Assembly: GCA_964016885.1 (NCBI GenBank)
Contig: OZ024747.1
Coordinates: 20,708,001 to 20,772,000 of the forward strand
Reading direction: 5' to 3'
Length of the DNA stretch: 64,000 nt
Source: Eledone cirrhosa
Lineage: Eukaryota
Positions 29,633-43,350 of the stretch are shown here, piece by piece. The notes beneath the pieces are model-generated. The model was not told the DNA's origin, did not search any database, and worked only from the letters and a program-made list of their open reading frames with translations. Position numbers and translations under genes: made by a program. Every line of letters begins with the position of its first letter. Position 1 is the first letter of the stretch.

Positions 29633-29678
<46 letters not shown>

Positions 29679-29718
29679 GTATATATATATACATATATAT
29701 ATATATACGTATATATAC

Positions 29719-29847
<129 letters not shown>

Positions 29848-30133
29848 TATATATATATATATATACACACACACACATATGAGTGTCTTTCTGGTTCTTT
29901 GTGTGTTGCAGTATGTCTTTGTTTCCACACACATAGACACGTCTATACCTTCAAAGGAAGGTATTAAAATTATTATTTACTCAATTTCAAAACCCAATTT
30001 CCATGTTTCCACTTCGTTTGTTTGGAAATCATTAGAGCTCAGTTTTTAAAACATTAACAACAGAACTACAATATCTTCAATACAATCATTGCTTACGACT
30101 TCCCAATAGTATAAGTACCGGTGAAACCATTTA

Positions 30134-30168
<35 letters not shown>

Positions 30169-30237
30169 GCATTATATATATGTGATATGCACTATAAATA
30201 TATGCATATATAAATATATTATATATGTGTATATATA

Positions 30238-30324
<87 letters not shown>

Positions 30325-30635
30325 AATATATACATACGCACACACACTCACGTATCTCTCTCTACAAATGTATATATATATATATACATTTATACACACA
30401 CACACACACATATATATATACATATATATATATATATATGTGTGTGTATAAATGTATATATATATATATATACATTTGTAGAGAGAGATACGTGAGTGTG
30501 TGTGCGTATGTATATATCTATATATATCAACTAGAAATTGATACAGTGGATATGGCGCATCTCCCTCGGACATGACACCCTTAATTTAATTTTGATATAT
30601 ATTTGTATATATATATATATATAAATATATATATA

Positions 30636-31036
30636 TACGATATTAATAAATGGAAACTATATTTATAAAACCATATTTATTTCATTATACATATTTCAGG
30701 GATACCAAATTAAATTATGGTATGCCTTCATCCGACAAAATACAATATATAACAGTTTTACAAATAAGCTTTGACGGATGAATTATAATGGTTGCATTTT
30801 AAAAGGGTACGTCAAAGCTTATTTGTAAAACTGTTATATATTGTATTTTGTCGGATGAAGGCATACCATAATCTAACTTGGTATCCCTGAAATATGTATA
30901 ATGAAATAAATATGGTTTTATAAATATAGTTTCCATTTATTAATATCGTATATCTACTCCAAATACTTGTCGAGTGCTTTATATCAGTTATAAAAATATT
31001 TACTTGTTGTATCCCAACAATTTTAAATAGAACTTT

Positions 31037-31040
<4 letters not shown>
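30636..31040 (+). mobile_element. Palindromic PLE-end insert in (TA)n (arms 30636-30776 / 30810-30950, tail to 31040)
   Basis: 140-bp inverted arms; hammerhead-like TATTTTGT-CGGATGA-AGGCATACCA..TGGTATCCCT-GAAA-TATGTATA-ATGAAATA at 30844-30908; homologous to 44245-44460. Confidence 0.85.
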
Positions 31041-31105
<65 letters not shown>

Positions 31106-31457
31106 AACCTATATCTGGATATATACAGCATAAAGGCAATTGTGACGGCTCAAATGCGTATATAAATATACACATGTATATATGCCAAATATGCCTATTT
31201 GATTTCTCATCCATATAACCACAAGAATATACGCAACCGTTAACTGTGGGTTATGTTCCTTATCACTAATAGTATTCCTGAAATTAAGTTAATAATTTGC
31301 ATATTATTAGCACTCATATTCGTAGGTCATTTTGATATACATTACGTTGGGCGTTAAGTAGCCAAGGTAGACGGTAAGTTTATATCTGTGAATATATAGT
31401 ATTGCAGTAACCGAGAACGCGTAACTGTGTATATACATTTTCATATTTTCTTCTGGT

Positions 31458-31645
31458 GGATTGACAGTTTCGGTAGAGGGTCGGAAGCCATGCTTTTCAG
31501 CATAGAGTTACAGCCGTTTACGGTCTGATTTCAAATCCCGCCGAGGTTAACTTTGCTTTTTATCCTTACAGGGTCGATAAAGTAAAGCACTAGTAATGGA
31601 CTGGGATAATTGCTGGCCTTGTGCCAAAAGTAGAAACAATTATTA
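31458..31645 (+). mobile_element. Meta/MESC-type SINE copy
   Basis: Aligns to 3545-3728. Confidence 0.85.
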
Positions 31646-31804
31646 TATATGTATGTGTAGAGTAGTAGCGGCACCGTATTAGCATACGGCGTTTCTTAGG
31701 TATCTTAACCCTGGCGGAACCCTTCCCTCTCCAGGCCTGAGTACAACAGATTTCTTCCAGAGAAAGATAGAAAGTGAGATAGAGGAAATGAGTAAGAAAT
31801 ATAG

Positions 31805-31965
31805 AGGAAGAATCGACCCCAGTACTCAAGTGGTTCATTTTTATCGACCCCGAAAGGTTTAAAGCAAAGTTGACTTCAGCGGGATTTGATCTCAGAAAGC
31901 AGAGAGCCCGAACAAATACCGTCAGGAATTCTATCAGACGTTCGAAGACTCTGCTAGTTCGCCGT
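31805..31965 (-). mobile_element. Meta/MESC-type SINE copy (subfamily variant)
   Basis: ATCGACCCCAGTAC...TTTTATCGACCCCGAAAGG...GCAAAGTTGAC..GCGGGATTTGA. Confidence 0.7.
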
Positions 31966-31984
31966 CTATTTCTGTATATATACA

Positions 31985-32500
31985 GGTATAAACTTATCAT
32001 ATTCCCTGTCTATCTCTTGCACTGGCTAAACTAGTCCTGAGTAAGCCATGAACAACAATTTATTTTTCGTTTACACACCTCCTACTCACCGGATTGAACC
32101 GACCGCCTAATTCATCTCCATCATCTACCACCCACACATACGGACTGTGTGTATGTACACACACTTAACTAAAACTGTACAGATCTTTCGTCGCACGAAC
32201 AACTTTTGTTAAGTCCCTTTGGTTACCTTGTAACTAATTTATCTCAATTTACTCTCGCTCTCCTGTCACAAGAGTCATGTTTTATTAATCATGTCAGAGC
32301 AACCCTATACACATTATCTTGTTAATTCTCTCATTGCTTTCATTTTCTATTTGTTTTCTCTATATTCTTCCTGCATTTTTCTTCTACACTCTCTACCGTC
32401 TGATGAAGAGCGAAACCCGAAACGTTATCGCATGACTTTCTCTCGCATGTCAGCTCTAAATATCCTCATTTTTATTGTCTTCCGACTTCGCTTACTACGT
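31985..32500 (+). mobile_element. Possible PLE 3' UTR with degenerate hammerhead
   Basis: Pyrimidine-rich UTR-like sequence, CTGATGAAGAGCGAAACCCGAAACG at 32400-32424; between TA and CA tracts. Confidence 0.45.
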
Positions 32501-32539
32501 ACACCCAAACACAGACACACACAAACACACATGCACACA

Positions 32540-32579
<40 letters not shown>

Positions 32580-32620
32580 CACATGCACACACACTCAAAC
32601 ACATCCCTACAAGCACACTC

Positions 32621-32668
<48 letters not shown>

Positions 32669-32670
<2 letters not shown>

Positions 32671-32846
32671 GAAAGACGTAAAATAAGAAAATTATAAAAA
32701 TTAACTTACTAAAATTTCACTCTAAGTTAATTTTTATAATTTTCTTATTTTGCGTCATTCATATAATTGTTCTGCATCCCCTTGCATTGAACCACACAGT
32801 TACTAAGACAAAACCTATATATTTGCTAGCATAGGTATGCATCTGT
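32669..32846 (+). mobile_element. Short hairpin insert in (TA)n (arms ~32669-32709 / 32714-32762) with tail
   Basis: ATGAA.GACGTAAAATAAGAAAATTATAAAAATTAACTTA / TAAGTTAATTTTTATAATTTTCTTATTTTGCGTC.TTCAT; bulged stem-loop at 32769-32792. Confidence 0.7.
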
Positions 32847-32873
32847 ATATATATGTTGGTAGATATACTAATT

Positions 32874-32903
<30 letters not shown>

Positions 32904-32910
<7 letters not shown>

Positions 32911-33080
32911 TAACAGATCTTCTGAAACTCAGAAGATCCCGTTAAGGGTGAAAGCAACGATTCTTTGCTTAAACTTTATTCTGTTATTTTAATAAATATT
33001 TTTTCTAGGGATATTTGATATACATTTATCCTTATCGAGCCCTCTTTGGATTTTAGTCTTCAAATTTATTATTATTACTA
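32904..33080 (+). mobile_element. PLE-end family 'G' copy
   Basis: Homology to 17905-18090 and 61625-61815; internally deleted left arm; TA flanks. Confidence 0.75.
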
Positions 33081-33267
33081 TATATATATATAGTTATATA
33101 TATATAGTTATACATATACATACAGTTAAACATATACACATATATATATGCGTGTATGTTTGTGTACATAATATATAGGTTTTCAATCTTACCTATACAC
33201 ACATACAATTATACAAATGTAGAAATTCAATTTGTTGAGTGCTATAGTGACAACAATGACAATGACG

Positions 33268-33303
<36 letters not shown>

Positions 33304-33339
33304 TATATATATATATGTGTGTATATATATGTGTGTGTG

Positions 33340-33386
<47 letters not shown>

Positions 33387-33435
33387 ATATGCATATATAT
33401 ATATGTGTGTGTGTGTATATGCATATATATATATA

Positions 33436-33466
<31 letters not shown>

Positions 33467-33474
33467 ATATGTAT

Positions 33475-33975
33475 ACTGATTAATGTTCAGAGCCATCCTC
33501 AACATTCTCGTGTAGCACCCATCCACCATCTGAGTGAGTTTCTTGGTCAGTGTCCAAGTCTCAGACCCATACAGCAGCACAGACTCCACTACAGCAATGA
33601 AGAGGCGGATTTTCAGGTCTCTACGAAGGTCCGACTTCCACCACGATCTCTAGCTGTGACACGCCGCCGAGGCCTTGCTCTTCCTCTCAACCACATCATC
33701 TTCCGTATTCCCAAAAGTCAGCTCAAAAGTGACACAGAGGAGACTGAGGTTGGCTGGACATGCTCACCGACATCCAGAGTTGACATTGCACTCAGTGCTC
33801 CTTTGGGAGCCCCTACATGGACACACTAGAAGTGGAAGACCAAGGTTAACATATGTTGATGCCCTAAGGACAGACACTGGTCTGTTGGAGATGCAGGATA
33901 TGGCAGCGATAATGAGGGACAGAGACCGCTGGAGAGAACTCGTCCATGGATCTCGGGAATTTTACCCGCCTTAGA
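33475..33975 (+). mobile_element. RTE-clade LINE 3' end with 5' inversion
   Basis: 33475-~33645 on - encodes [34 protein letters not shown]...[11 protein letters not shown]; 33706-33975 on + encodes the downstream RRLRLAGH...DRDRWRELV. Confidence 0.85.
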
Positions 33976-34013
33976 TAGATATATATATGTATATGCATAT
34001 ATATATATGTATA

Positions 34014-34048
<35 letters not shown>

Positions 34049-34060
34049 ATATATATATGC

Positions 34061-34171
<111 letters not shown>

Positions 34172-34379
34172 TACATACATGTATATATATATGTGTGTGT
34201 GCGTATGTATGTATGTATACATATATATATACGGTGCTGATGACAATGTCGCTGATGATGGTGATGATGAGGAGGAGAGGGGGAGGAGGAGATAGAAGAG
34301 GAGGAGAAGAGGGTGGAGAGGAGGAGAGAAATGATATGGTGAGGGTGGAATGGGGATGGAGGAGGAAGCGGAAAAAAGA

Positions 34380-35432
34380 GGGTGGTGGTGGAGTTGGTGG
34401 TGGTGGTGGTGTTGGGGTGGATGTGGGTGTTGGTGTTGGTGTTGGTGGTGGTGGTGGTGTTGTTGGGGTGGATGTCGGTGGTGGTGGTGGTGTTGTTGGG
34501 GTGGATGTTGGTGGTGGTGGTGGTGTTGGTGTTGGTGGTGGTGGTGGTGGTGGTGTTGGTGTTGGTGTTGGTGGTGGTGTTGGTGTTGGTGGTGGTGGTG
34601 GTGGTGGTGTTGTTGGGGTGGATGTTGGTGGTGGTGGTGGTGTTGTTGGGGTGGATGTTGGTGGTGGTGGTGGTGTTGTTGGGGTGGATGTTGGTGGTGG
34701 TGGTGGTGTTGGTGTTGGTGGTGGTGGTGGTGGTGGTGTTGGTGTTGGTGTTGGTGGTGGTGTTGGTGTTGGTGGTGGTGGTGGTGGTGGTGTTGTTGGG
34801 GTGGATGTTGGTGGTGGTGGTGGTGTTGTTGGGGTGGATGTTGGTGGTGGTGTTGGTGTTGGTGTTGGTGGTGGTGGTGGTGTTGTTGGGGTGGATGTTG
34901 GTGGTGGTGGTGGTGTTGGTGTTGGTGGTGGTGGTGGTGGTGGTGTTGGTGTTGGTGTTGGTGGTGGTGTTGGTGTTGGTGGTGGTGGTGGTGGTGGTGT
35001 TGGTGTTGGTGGTGGTGTTGGTGTTGGTGGTGGTGGTGGTGTTGTTGGTGGTGGTGGTGGTGTTGTTGGGGTGGATGTTGGTGTTGGTGGTGGTGGTGGT
35101 GTTGGTGTTGGTGGTGGTGGTGGTGGTGGTGTTGGCGTTGGTGTTGGTGTTGGTGGTGGTGGTGTTGGGGTGGATGTTGGTGTTGGTGGTGGTGGTGGTG
35201 TTGGTGGTGGTGGTGGTGGTGTTGGTGTTGGTGGTGTTGTTGGTGGTGGTGGTGTTGTTGGGGTGGATGTTGGTGTTGGAGCAGAAAGAGGAGGGGTGAG
35301 GAGGGGGAAATGTGGTGGTCCTCGTGAAGGTAGTGGTGGTGTGGGTATTGGTTTTAGTGGTGGTGGTGGTTGTAGAAGCGGATGATGATGAAGATGATGA
35401 TGATGAGGATGATGATGATGAGGATGATGATG

Positions 35433-35466
<34 letters not shown>

Positions 35467-35540
35467 GGAGGAGGAGGAGGAGGAGGAGGAGGAGGATGAG
35501 GAGGGGGAGGAGGAGGAGGAGGAGGAGGAGGAGGAGGTAT
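34380..35540. repeat. (GGT/GTT)n satellite with GGGGTGGAT units, then (GAT)n(GAG)n
   Basis: Direct inspection. Confidence 0.95.
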
Positions 35541-36406
35541 GGATAAGTAGAAATAGAATGGCTACGACCAAGACGGTGATGAAGTTAACGATGGTGGCGA
35601 AGATGAGGAAGGTGCAGTTGAAGCTTTGGTGATGTTTGGCTGATAAAGCGTTGATTTCGTTTATTAAAACATCTATATAACTTTTAAGTACGCCATCCTT
35701 GCATCCCACTACATTTCACCAAATAATGGCTTCTTTATACATATTTTGCTACATCAAACTGTAATGTCATATTCTTTAATAGACTCCTGCTATGAATAAG
35801 ATTAAATATGAGGATTCCTGCTAAGTTCTTACTTCACTGCAGCCAGTAAAAGAAGCTCCACATACACACTGTGCTTTGATTCCTGATTTACGAAAGATTC
35901 ACCACATGACTCTAGTTCTTTTCTCTTTTCTTTTCTTTTTCTTTTAATTATTCAGAGTAGGTATTTCAGTGCCTGTGGTCTTTGTATAAAACCTTTAGAG
36001 TGATGTGATCGATTCAGTTAATGTTCAGATTGATTTTTTTTTTCTAGGTCGAGTCTTTCATTTTACAACGTTTATTCAAGCAGAAAGGCCTCTGAGACTG
36101 GTAGGTGGATCGGAAGATGGTATTCTGGAGATATAGCCCGGTTGATAGCACCAAAACTGGTTCAACTGAAGGTACCAATAGGGCCGGTTGGTTATGTGAA
36201 ACTAAACGCCAGTTTATGTCTACAAAGAATGTAAGCCACATTGAGATTTGAACTAAGACACAATGGTGCCGATCTAACAATTCCACAGCATTCTCGATTT
36301 CGTGTCTTATGTTATCCGTCCCTAAAAGATAACAGGTAAAGTTGACTTCAGCTGGATTTAAATACAGGGAGCTGGAAAAATACCGGACTACACAACTACT
36401 TTGACG

Positions 36407-36830
36407 CTAAACTCCGCAAATTGCAGACTTCGCATCAACATGAGATATTTTTCTCCACAAATTTCGATCACCAACAGCAAAGTTTAAAGAGCTAAGATAA
36501 AGTCCAGCCCATAAGTTGACATTTTCAAGCCATCGTTTTTGCTGCCGGCCTCTGCTTCTCTTACCATCCAACCTTCCTTCCAGGTATAACCTACTCACAC
36601 CATGGGTTACTCTTTTTATATGACCGTATAGTTTGAGTACTCTTGACTTGGCGATTGATGTAATTAGTCTAAGTCTGGTAATGTTGAGCAGCTCACTGAT
36701 ACAGATACGGTCGCTGAGCCGCTTGCCAGTCATAATTCTCATGATGTGGTTCTGGAATGTAGAGAGCTTCTGAAGTGACCTTGTCCAATTAACACAGTGA
36801 AGACCATAAAACACAACTGGTAGGATGTAT
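36407..36830 (-). mobile_element. RTE-like LINE C-terminal fragment
   Basis: SRVLKLYGHIKR...LEGRLDGKRSRGRQQKRWLENV...AVGDRNLWRKI. Confidence 0.75.
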
Positions 36831-37659
36831 GTAAGTATCGAAGATCTTAGCCTTCAAATGATAGGAATACACAAACTTGAATGTAATACATGAGATACAA
36901 TATTAAAGATGATAAAGTGATAATACTGGATTTATTGATGAAGTTGTTGTTTAGGCCCAAATCATTCCTGATCCTGCATGCCTATGATCAAATGCACTTT
37001 GTTTTTCAGTATGCAGAGAATTCCTTATAGTGGTATCTAACCTGATCTTTTATAAGATGACTGACCATGATTTGAGGACGATTTAACTTCTACTATTAAG
37101 GTTCTAGTGAAGGCGTATGGATGATTAGTTAGAGAACAAGATTCGCAATCGTGAGGTTGTCAGTTCGATTCCTGGACCAGGCGATACGTTATGACCTAGT
37201 ACAAGTCACCTTATTTCACGTTGCTCCTTTTACCTGGAGTTGCGACCGATAGATAGCATTAGCAATTGGAAAGACCAACGGAAACATTGTTTCCTCGGTC
37301 CGATTTGACGAAAATCAATCGACACATTTTTAAGGTTCTGGTTAGGGGGTGAATTGTCAAAATCGTTGGAGCGCCTGAAAAAATGATTTGAGACATTTAG
37401 TTACTGAGTTTAAATCCGTGGAAATCAACTTTGCCTTTCAATCTTCCGGAGTTGATATAGTAATGTACCAGTCAAGTAATGTATTTGATTTTATCATGTT
37501 TCCCTTCTATCAAAATTGCTGACCTTTTGCCTAAATTAGAAATAATTATTAAGGTTATGGTTGATATTTTGTAGGTCAACACTTGTAGGAAATAGGTCAT
37601 CCGCAGCAGCAGAAATGACATGAACAGACACATCAGTCGCCATCGGTATCATTATTGTA

Positions 37660-38697
37660 GGTGGTAGTGGTGGTGATGGTGATGGTGATGGTGATGGTGA
37701 TGGTGATGGTGATGGTTGTCCTTGTTGATTTTGTAGTTATTGTTGTTCTTGTTGGTAGTGGTGATAGTGGTTGCATTGTAGTTTTTACTGTTGTTTTTGC
37801 TGCTGTTGTTGTTGTTTATGGTGGTGGTGGTTGTGGTTTCGGTGGTGGTGGTGGTGGTGATGGTGATGGTTGTCCTTGTTGATTTTGTAGTTATTGTTGT
37901 TCTTGTTGGTAGTGGTGATAGTGGTTTCATTGTAGTTGTAATTTTTGCTGTTGTTTTTGTTGCTGTTGTTGTTGTTTATGGTGGTGGTGGTGGTGGTGGT
38001 GGTTGCGGTGGTGGTGGTGGCGGTGGTGGTGGTGGTGGTGGTGGTGATAGTGGTGGTGATGGTGATGGTGATGGTGTCCTTTTTTTTATTTTGTGGTTAT
38101 TGTTGCTAGTGTTGATAGTGTTTGCATTGTAGTTGTTGTTGTTACTGTCTTGTTTGTTTGTTTGATTTTGTTTTTTTGCTGCTGCTGTTGTTATTGTTGT
38201 GGTTGTAGTGTTGTTATTATTGTTGCTGCAGCTGCTTCTGCAGTCAATGTTGTCTGTGTTGCTATTGCTGGTGGTGGTGGTGGTGGTGGTGGTGGTGGTG
38301 GTGGTGGTGGTGGTGGTGGTGGTGGTAGTGGTGGTGGTGGTGGTGGTGGTGGTAGTGGTGGTGGTGGTTGTGGTGCTGTTGTTGCTGGTAGTGGTGGTGG
38401 TGGTGGTGGTGGTGGTGGTGGTGGTGGTGGTGCTGTTGTTGCTGGTGGTGGTGGTGGTAGTGGTGGTGTTGGTGGTGGTGGTAGTGGTGGTAGTGGTGGT
38501 GGTGGTGGTGCTGGTGGTAGTGGTGGTGGTGGTGGTGGTGGTAGTGGTGGTGTTGGTGGTGGTGGTGGTGGTGGTGGTGGTGGTGGTAGTGGTGGTGGTG
38601 GTGCTGCTGGTGGTAGTGGTGGTGGTGGTGGTGGTGGTAGTGGTGGTGTTGGTGGTGGTGGTGGTGGTGGTAGTGGTGGTGGTGGTGGTGGTGGTGG

Positions 38698-38728
<31 letters not shown>

Positions 38729-39021
38729 AGTGGTGGTGGTGGTGGTGGTGGCTGTTGCTGCAGCCGTTGTTAATTAGTTTAAGATCAGCCTTAATAATCT
38801 GTGACCTACATTCCCCCTCTCTGCGCTCTCAGTTCTAATCCAACCGATGTAAACTTTGCATTTCATCCTTCCGTGGTCAATAAAAAAGGTACCAATCCAG
38901 TACTGGGGTCAATTTTCCCTTCATATATCGTTCTCACTTCCTCTTAATCACTCTCTTCTTCTTCTTCTTTTTCTTCTTCTTCTTCTTCTTCTTCTTACTC
39001 TTCTTCTTCTTCTTCTTTTTC

Positions 39022-39068
<47 letters not shown>

Positions 39069-39090
39069 CTTCTTCTTCTTCTTTTTCTTT
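37660..39090. repeat. (GGT)n-rich low-complexity block including a ~150-bp tandem duplication (37700-37990), and a (CTT)n tract (38950-39090)
   Basis: Direct inspection. Confidence 0.9.
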
Positions 39091-39361
39091 CCTGGAAGAA
39101 ATTGGCTGCATCAGATTCGGAGAGGGGATAGCTATGGCCAGATTTAATTGTAACGACGGACTCCCTATGAATTCACCAGGAGTTGCGGGTTCATTCAGAT
39201 TCTTATAATGTTCGAGAATTTAATAGATATATGAATGGATATTAAACAGTGTTCTAATTTATGTAGTATTCGGAGTTATAATCAGATAATCAGCAAACAG
39301 ATCCCTCATCTATGGGGTGAACAAATTTGGCAATGATATATATATGTGAAATTCATATAGA

Positions 39362-39549
39362 ATAATTGTTTCTACTTTAGGCACAAGGCCAGCAATTACC
39401 CAGTGCATTACTGGTACTTTATTTTATCGACCCCGTAAGGATGAAAGGCAAAGTCAACCTCGGCGGGATTTGAAATCAGATCGTAAAGGGACGTAACTAT
39501 GCTGGAAAGCATGGCGTCCGACCCTCTACCGATACTGCCAATCCACCGA
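39362..39549 (-). mobile_element. Meta/MESC-type SINE, full length, probable TSD GAAATTCATATAGAATAAT
   Basis: Reverse complement of the 3545 family; GAAATTCATATAGAATAAT at ~39348 and ~39548. Confidence 0.9.
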
Positions 39550-39749
39550 AATTCATATAGAATAATATAGGTTATAATGTTTAGCCTTCTCCACCTGTCC
39601 GCCGGGGACCGTGGAGCGGCAAGCACGTGGTATTCCATTTGCTCCTAATACAGAGAGATGGAGGCGATGACAGAGGGAGTTCGGCTCATCTGTGTTCGGA
39701 CGTGTGCAGCGTCAGTTATCCGTAGGGAGGTAGTTGTTCATATAAATAA

Positions 39750-39780
<31 letters not shown>

Positions 39781-42274
39781 TATATTATATTGTATTGAAG
39801 ACTAATACCACAACCACCGCCATCACCATCACCACTGATACCACTACCACCACCATCACCATCACCACTGATACCACAATCACCACATCCGGTATTTCTA
39901 TCATCATCATTGTAGCCACCACAACCACCACCACCTCCACCACCACTACCATGATTAGCATTCCGTTCGTGATTTTGTAGGACTTCTATGTATGTTTAAT
40001 GTATAGAAGGGTGTAGTACAACATTTCTCGTTGTTGTATGCAATCATCGTATCATTCTAGTGTTGAAAGTAACTATCCCCTGGAGATTGTCTTCCAAGTA
40101 TGTGTGACTGGCTTTTTACCGATATCCATCAGAGGAATGTTATCGAGACTTAAAAAGTGGTAACGTTTGAAAAGGAGTTTGTGGCATTAAGAATAAAAGC
40201 AAGTATATCAACAAAGTATGGAAAGAACCGTGAAAATCACATTACCAAACCATGAAGTTTGCCAAAGTTTATAGAATATTGTTCAAAAAGAATCCAATCG
40301 GTGCAAGAAATGTGGGATGTATGAAATGAAATCTAAACAATAATCATTCTCACTAAAATCTTAATGATTTGATTATCGAAAATATCTGTCAGGTCTAAAC
40401 CAGCATTGCTATTTTTCATGATGTCAAACTTTTTGGAGATATGTCATAAACATTGCTGTCATAAACATTGCAATCGATTTATCAGTCGATCGATAAATAC
40501 ACGTATATAGTTCTCAAATCACTAGAAAAATAAATAAAATAATCCCACACTTTTGCTTTAGCTTCAAGTCACTTCAAATCACTTTCTCGTCAAATCACTG
40601 CTAATGTTGCTTTCTTTTAACTGGTTTTCACAAACTCTGTATTTTGTTATAGGAATGTGGGAATTGAAGGGTGAAATATTAAACGGTCACTGTTGAACTT
40701 TTATAACATTGTGTCCTGTATTGAACTTTTTCTATTATTGATTTCTTAACTTATTGATTGCTGGTATTGTTAATTATTTAGCCCTAGTTCGACTATAGCT
40801 GACCACACTTGAGATAAATGGTGTTCTAGCCGTGACCATCCCAGATATTATTCAAACATCATGTGTCTGGAACAATATTATCAACTGTAGTGAGGGATTT
40901 CAAAGAGATGTGGCTGCAATTTCTAGCAAACTGAGCATTTATGTGGGAGTTCTCTAGTGACTACCTATTAATTACTTTTTGATGTTTTTATATATGACAT
41001 TGTGTTACTGCCGTATCTTTCCTTATGGAACTGTGTACAATAAGTTACATGAACTATCTTGAATTAGCAAGACTAGCAACAAGATCAACAACACTAAGAC
41101 CAGCAACATGTAAACATGTCAAGTTTATCACCGACATTCAATTCTGTTTTAATTTTGGGGTAGATCTAATTCTTTTCACAGATGATCTAATGTTTTAGAG
41201 ATGATTTTCCTCTTCAATTAGTCAGTAAAGTTCTACAAGAATAAGCGACAAATAAACCAATTTTCCCGCAATCTAGAAATATTATACTATGATAATTATT
41301 TCTAAGGGGGTGAATTGGGAGTATCAACTTCGTCTCTCATCCTTAGAGGTTGATAAAATGATGCACCATTCAAATACTGGACTAATATAATCGACATTCG
41401 CCTCCCCAAAAATTGCTGACCTTTTGCCTAGATCAGAAACCATTATTAAAGAAGGTATTCCAATCGAGACATTTCTGTCATTCGTCCAAGCCTCTATCTA
41501 GGATTATATTACCCTATGTCTTCTTCCTTCATTTGGGACAATAGTGTGGCATGTTACGTGTGATTTAGCTAATATGTCTAGCAGGCTGATCGACAACAAA
41601 GAAATTCCTTTGTTGACTTGTTGCCATTGAATAGAATAGATATATGCAATGCAGCTTAACTTTTTCTAGGTTTCTAATATCTTATCTATTTCACAGTGCA
41701 TGATCCTATATGAGCCTATTATTAACGTATTAAATACTCAATGTAAGTTTCAATGAAGACTGTGTTATCACACAAACTAAAGAATAATATAGAGATTGTC
41801 AATTTGCAAGTTTTCTATATTCGTTTCTCTGTTAGTGTTTTATGCTTTTCTCTCTTATCACATAAGTTTAAGTTTTGAAAGAATTATTTCTCATATGTTA
41901 TTTTTTATGTTTTCATCGCTTGATATCGAAGTTCCACCTTGGTTGGTCTCCGCCCTCTTTCTCCCTTACAATGTCTCACCATAATCTCTAATTGCATATT
42001 TTCTTTATCTTTTTTTGTTCTGGTTGCATAGGTATATTATCAAGATTTTTAATCTCCCAATCCTTTTTATCTTTACTTGCATCTCATGTTTTCTGTTTTT
42101 CTTTTATACCTTGGTATCTCTTTTCATTTTAACCGCTTCCTGTATGAAGTATTTTCTAAGACTAAAGTCTTAAAAAGTACTTCCTACATGATATTTACTT
42201 TACAGACACAGACAGATTAAAACATATTCATATATATGTGTGTGTGTGTGAGAGAGAGAGAGTGTGTGTGGGGG

Positions 42275-42380
42275 GTCATAGAAGAATGACCTCTACAGAA
42301 CTAGAATTATTTTATTCGTTTACACGAAGAAAACAGGTCTAGTTCTGTAGATGTGATTTCTATGTGAAATAAACATTACC
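42275..42380. mobile_element. Degenerate hairpin related to the 57908-58110 family
   Basis: TCTACAGAACTAGA...AAACAGGTCTAGTTCTGTAGA versus AAACAGTTCTAGTCCTGTAGA. Confidence 0.55.
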
Positions 42381-42384
42381 ATCT

Positions 42385-42555
42385 CCGTGAGGGTCGGACG
42401 CCATGTTTTGAAGCATAGAGTTACGGCCTTTTACGGTCGGGGTTCAAATCCCACCGAGGTTTACTTTGCCTTTCATCCTTACGGCGTCGATAAAATAAGG
42501 TACCAGTAATGCACTGGGATAATTGCTGGCCTTGTGCCAAAAGTAGAAACAATAT
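42385..42555 (+). mobile_element. Meta/MESC-type SINE copy
   Basis: Aligns to 3545-3728. Confidence 0.85.
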
Positions 42556-42599
42556 ATTATAGTACGTTTCTTGACTGACGATGCCTTTCTTCTGTTACT

Positions 42600-42760
42600 A
42601 TTCTGAAAAGCATTTGTAAAAAAAATATAGTGGGTAATAGGAAAAGAGTCAGGAGCCCAACGGCTGAGCTCCGGCTGTTTCGACAGCTAGATCCGATCGT
42701 TCGGATCTAGCTGTCGAAACAGCCGGAGCTCAGCCGTTGGGCTCCTGACTCTTTTCCTAT
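42600..42760 (-). mobile_element. Mini-palindromic PLE-end insert (arms 42637-42760), relative of 8991-9201
   Basis: 60-bp perfect arms; GTCGAAACAGCCGGAGCTCAGCCGTTGGG and TTCCTATTACCCACT shared with 9077-9131. Confidence 0.8.
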
Positions 42761-42782
42761 ATATATATATCAATAATTCTAT

Positions 42783-42875
<93 letters not shown>

Positions 42876-43350
42876 ACATACACACATATGTGTGTATGTA
42901 TAATGACGTCTATCACTACTACGACGGTAATTCATATAGTTTTGGTTGTTGATATATTTGTTTCTACTTAGGCACAAGGCCAGCAATTACCCAGTTCATG
43001 ACTGGTTGGGAGTGTTTTAGGTGTGGTTTGGTATTGAGTTTATTTTATGTCTAATGTGATATATAGCTGGGGTAGATAAGATAGAGGGTAGGTATATATA
43101 TAATCAATCTATGCTTTTGTCTTTCAAGAGACTTGCCATGATATTTATTTATTTGTTATGAAAAGGGTAGCCAAACTCATGTATACAGTCGTTTATACGA
43201 TAAAAATGCTATATTGAAAATGTAAATATGATTTCAATATGTATTTTCTTTTTTTTTTAGCCAAGTGGTAACCAGTGTTTTATTACTTCTGACGGTTATA
43301 CGTTATTAATATATTATTCACTACCACTACCGAAATTATTTACATATATA

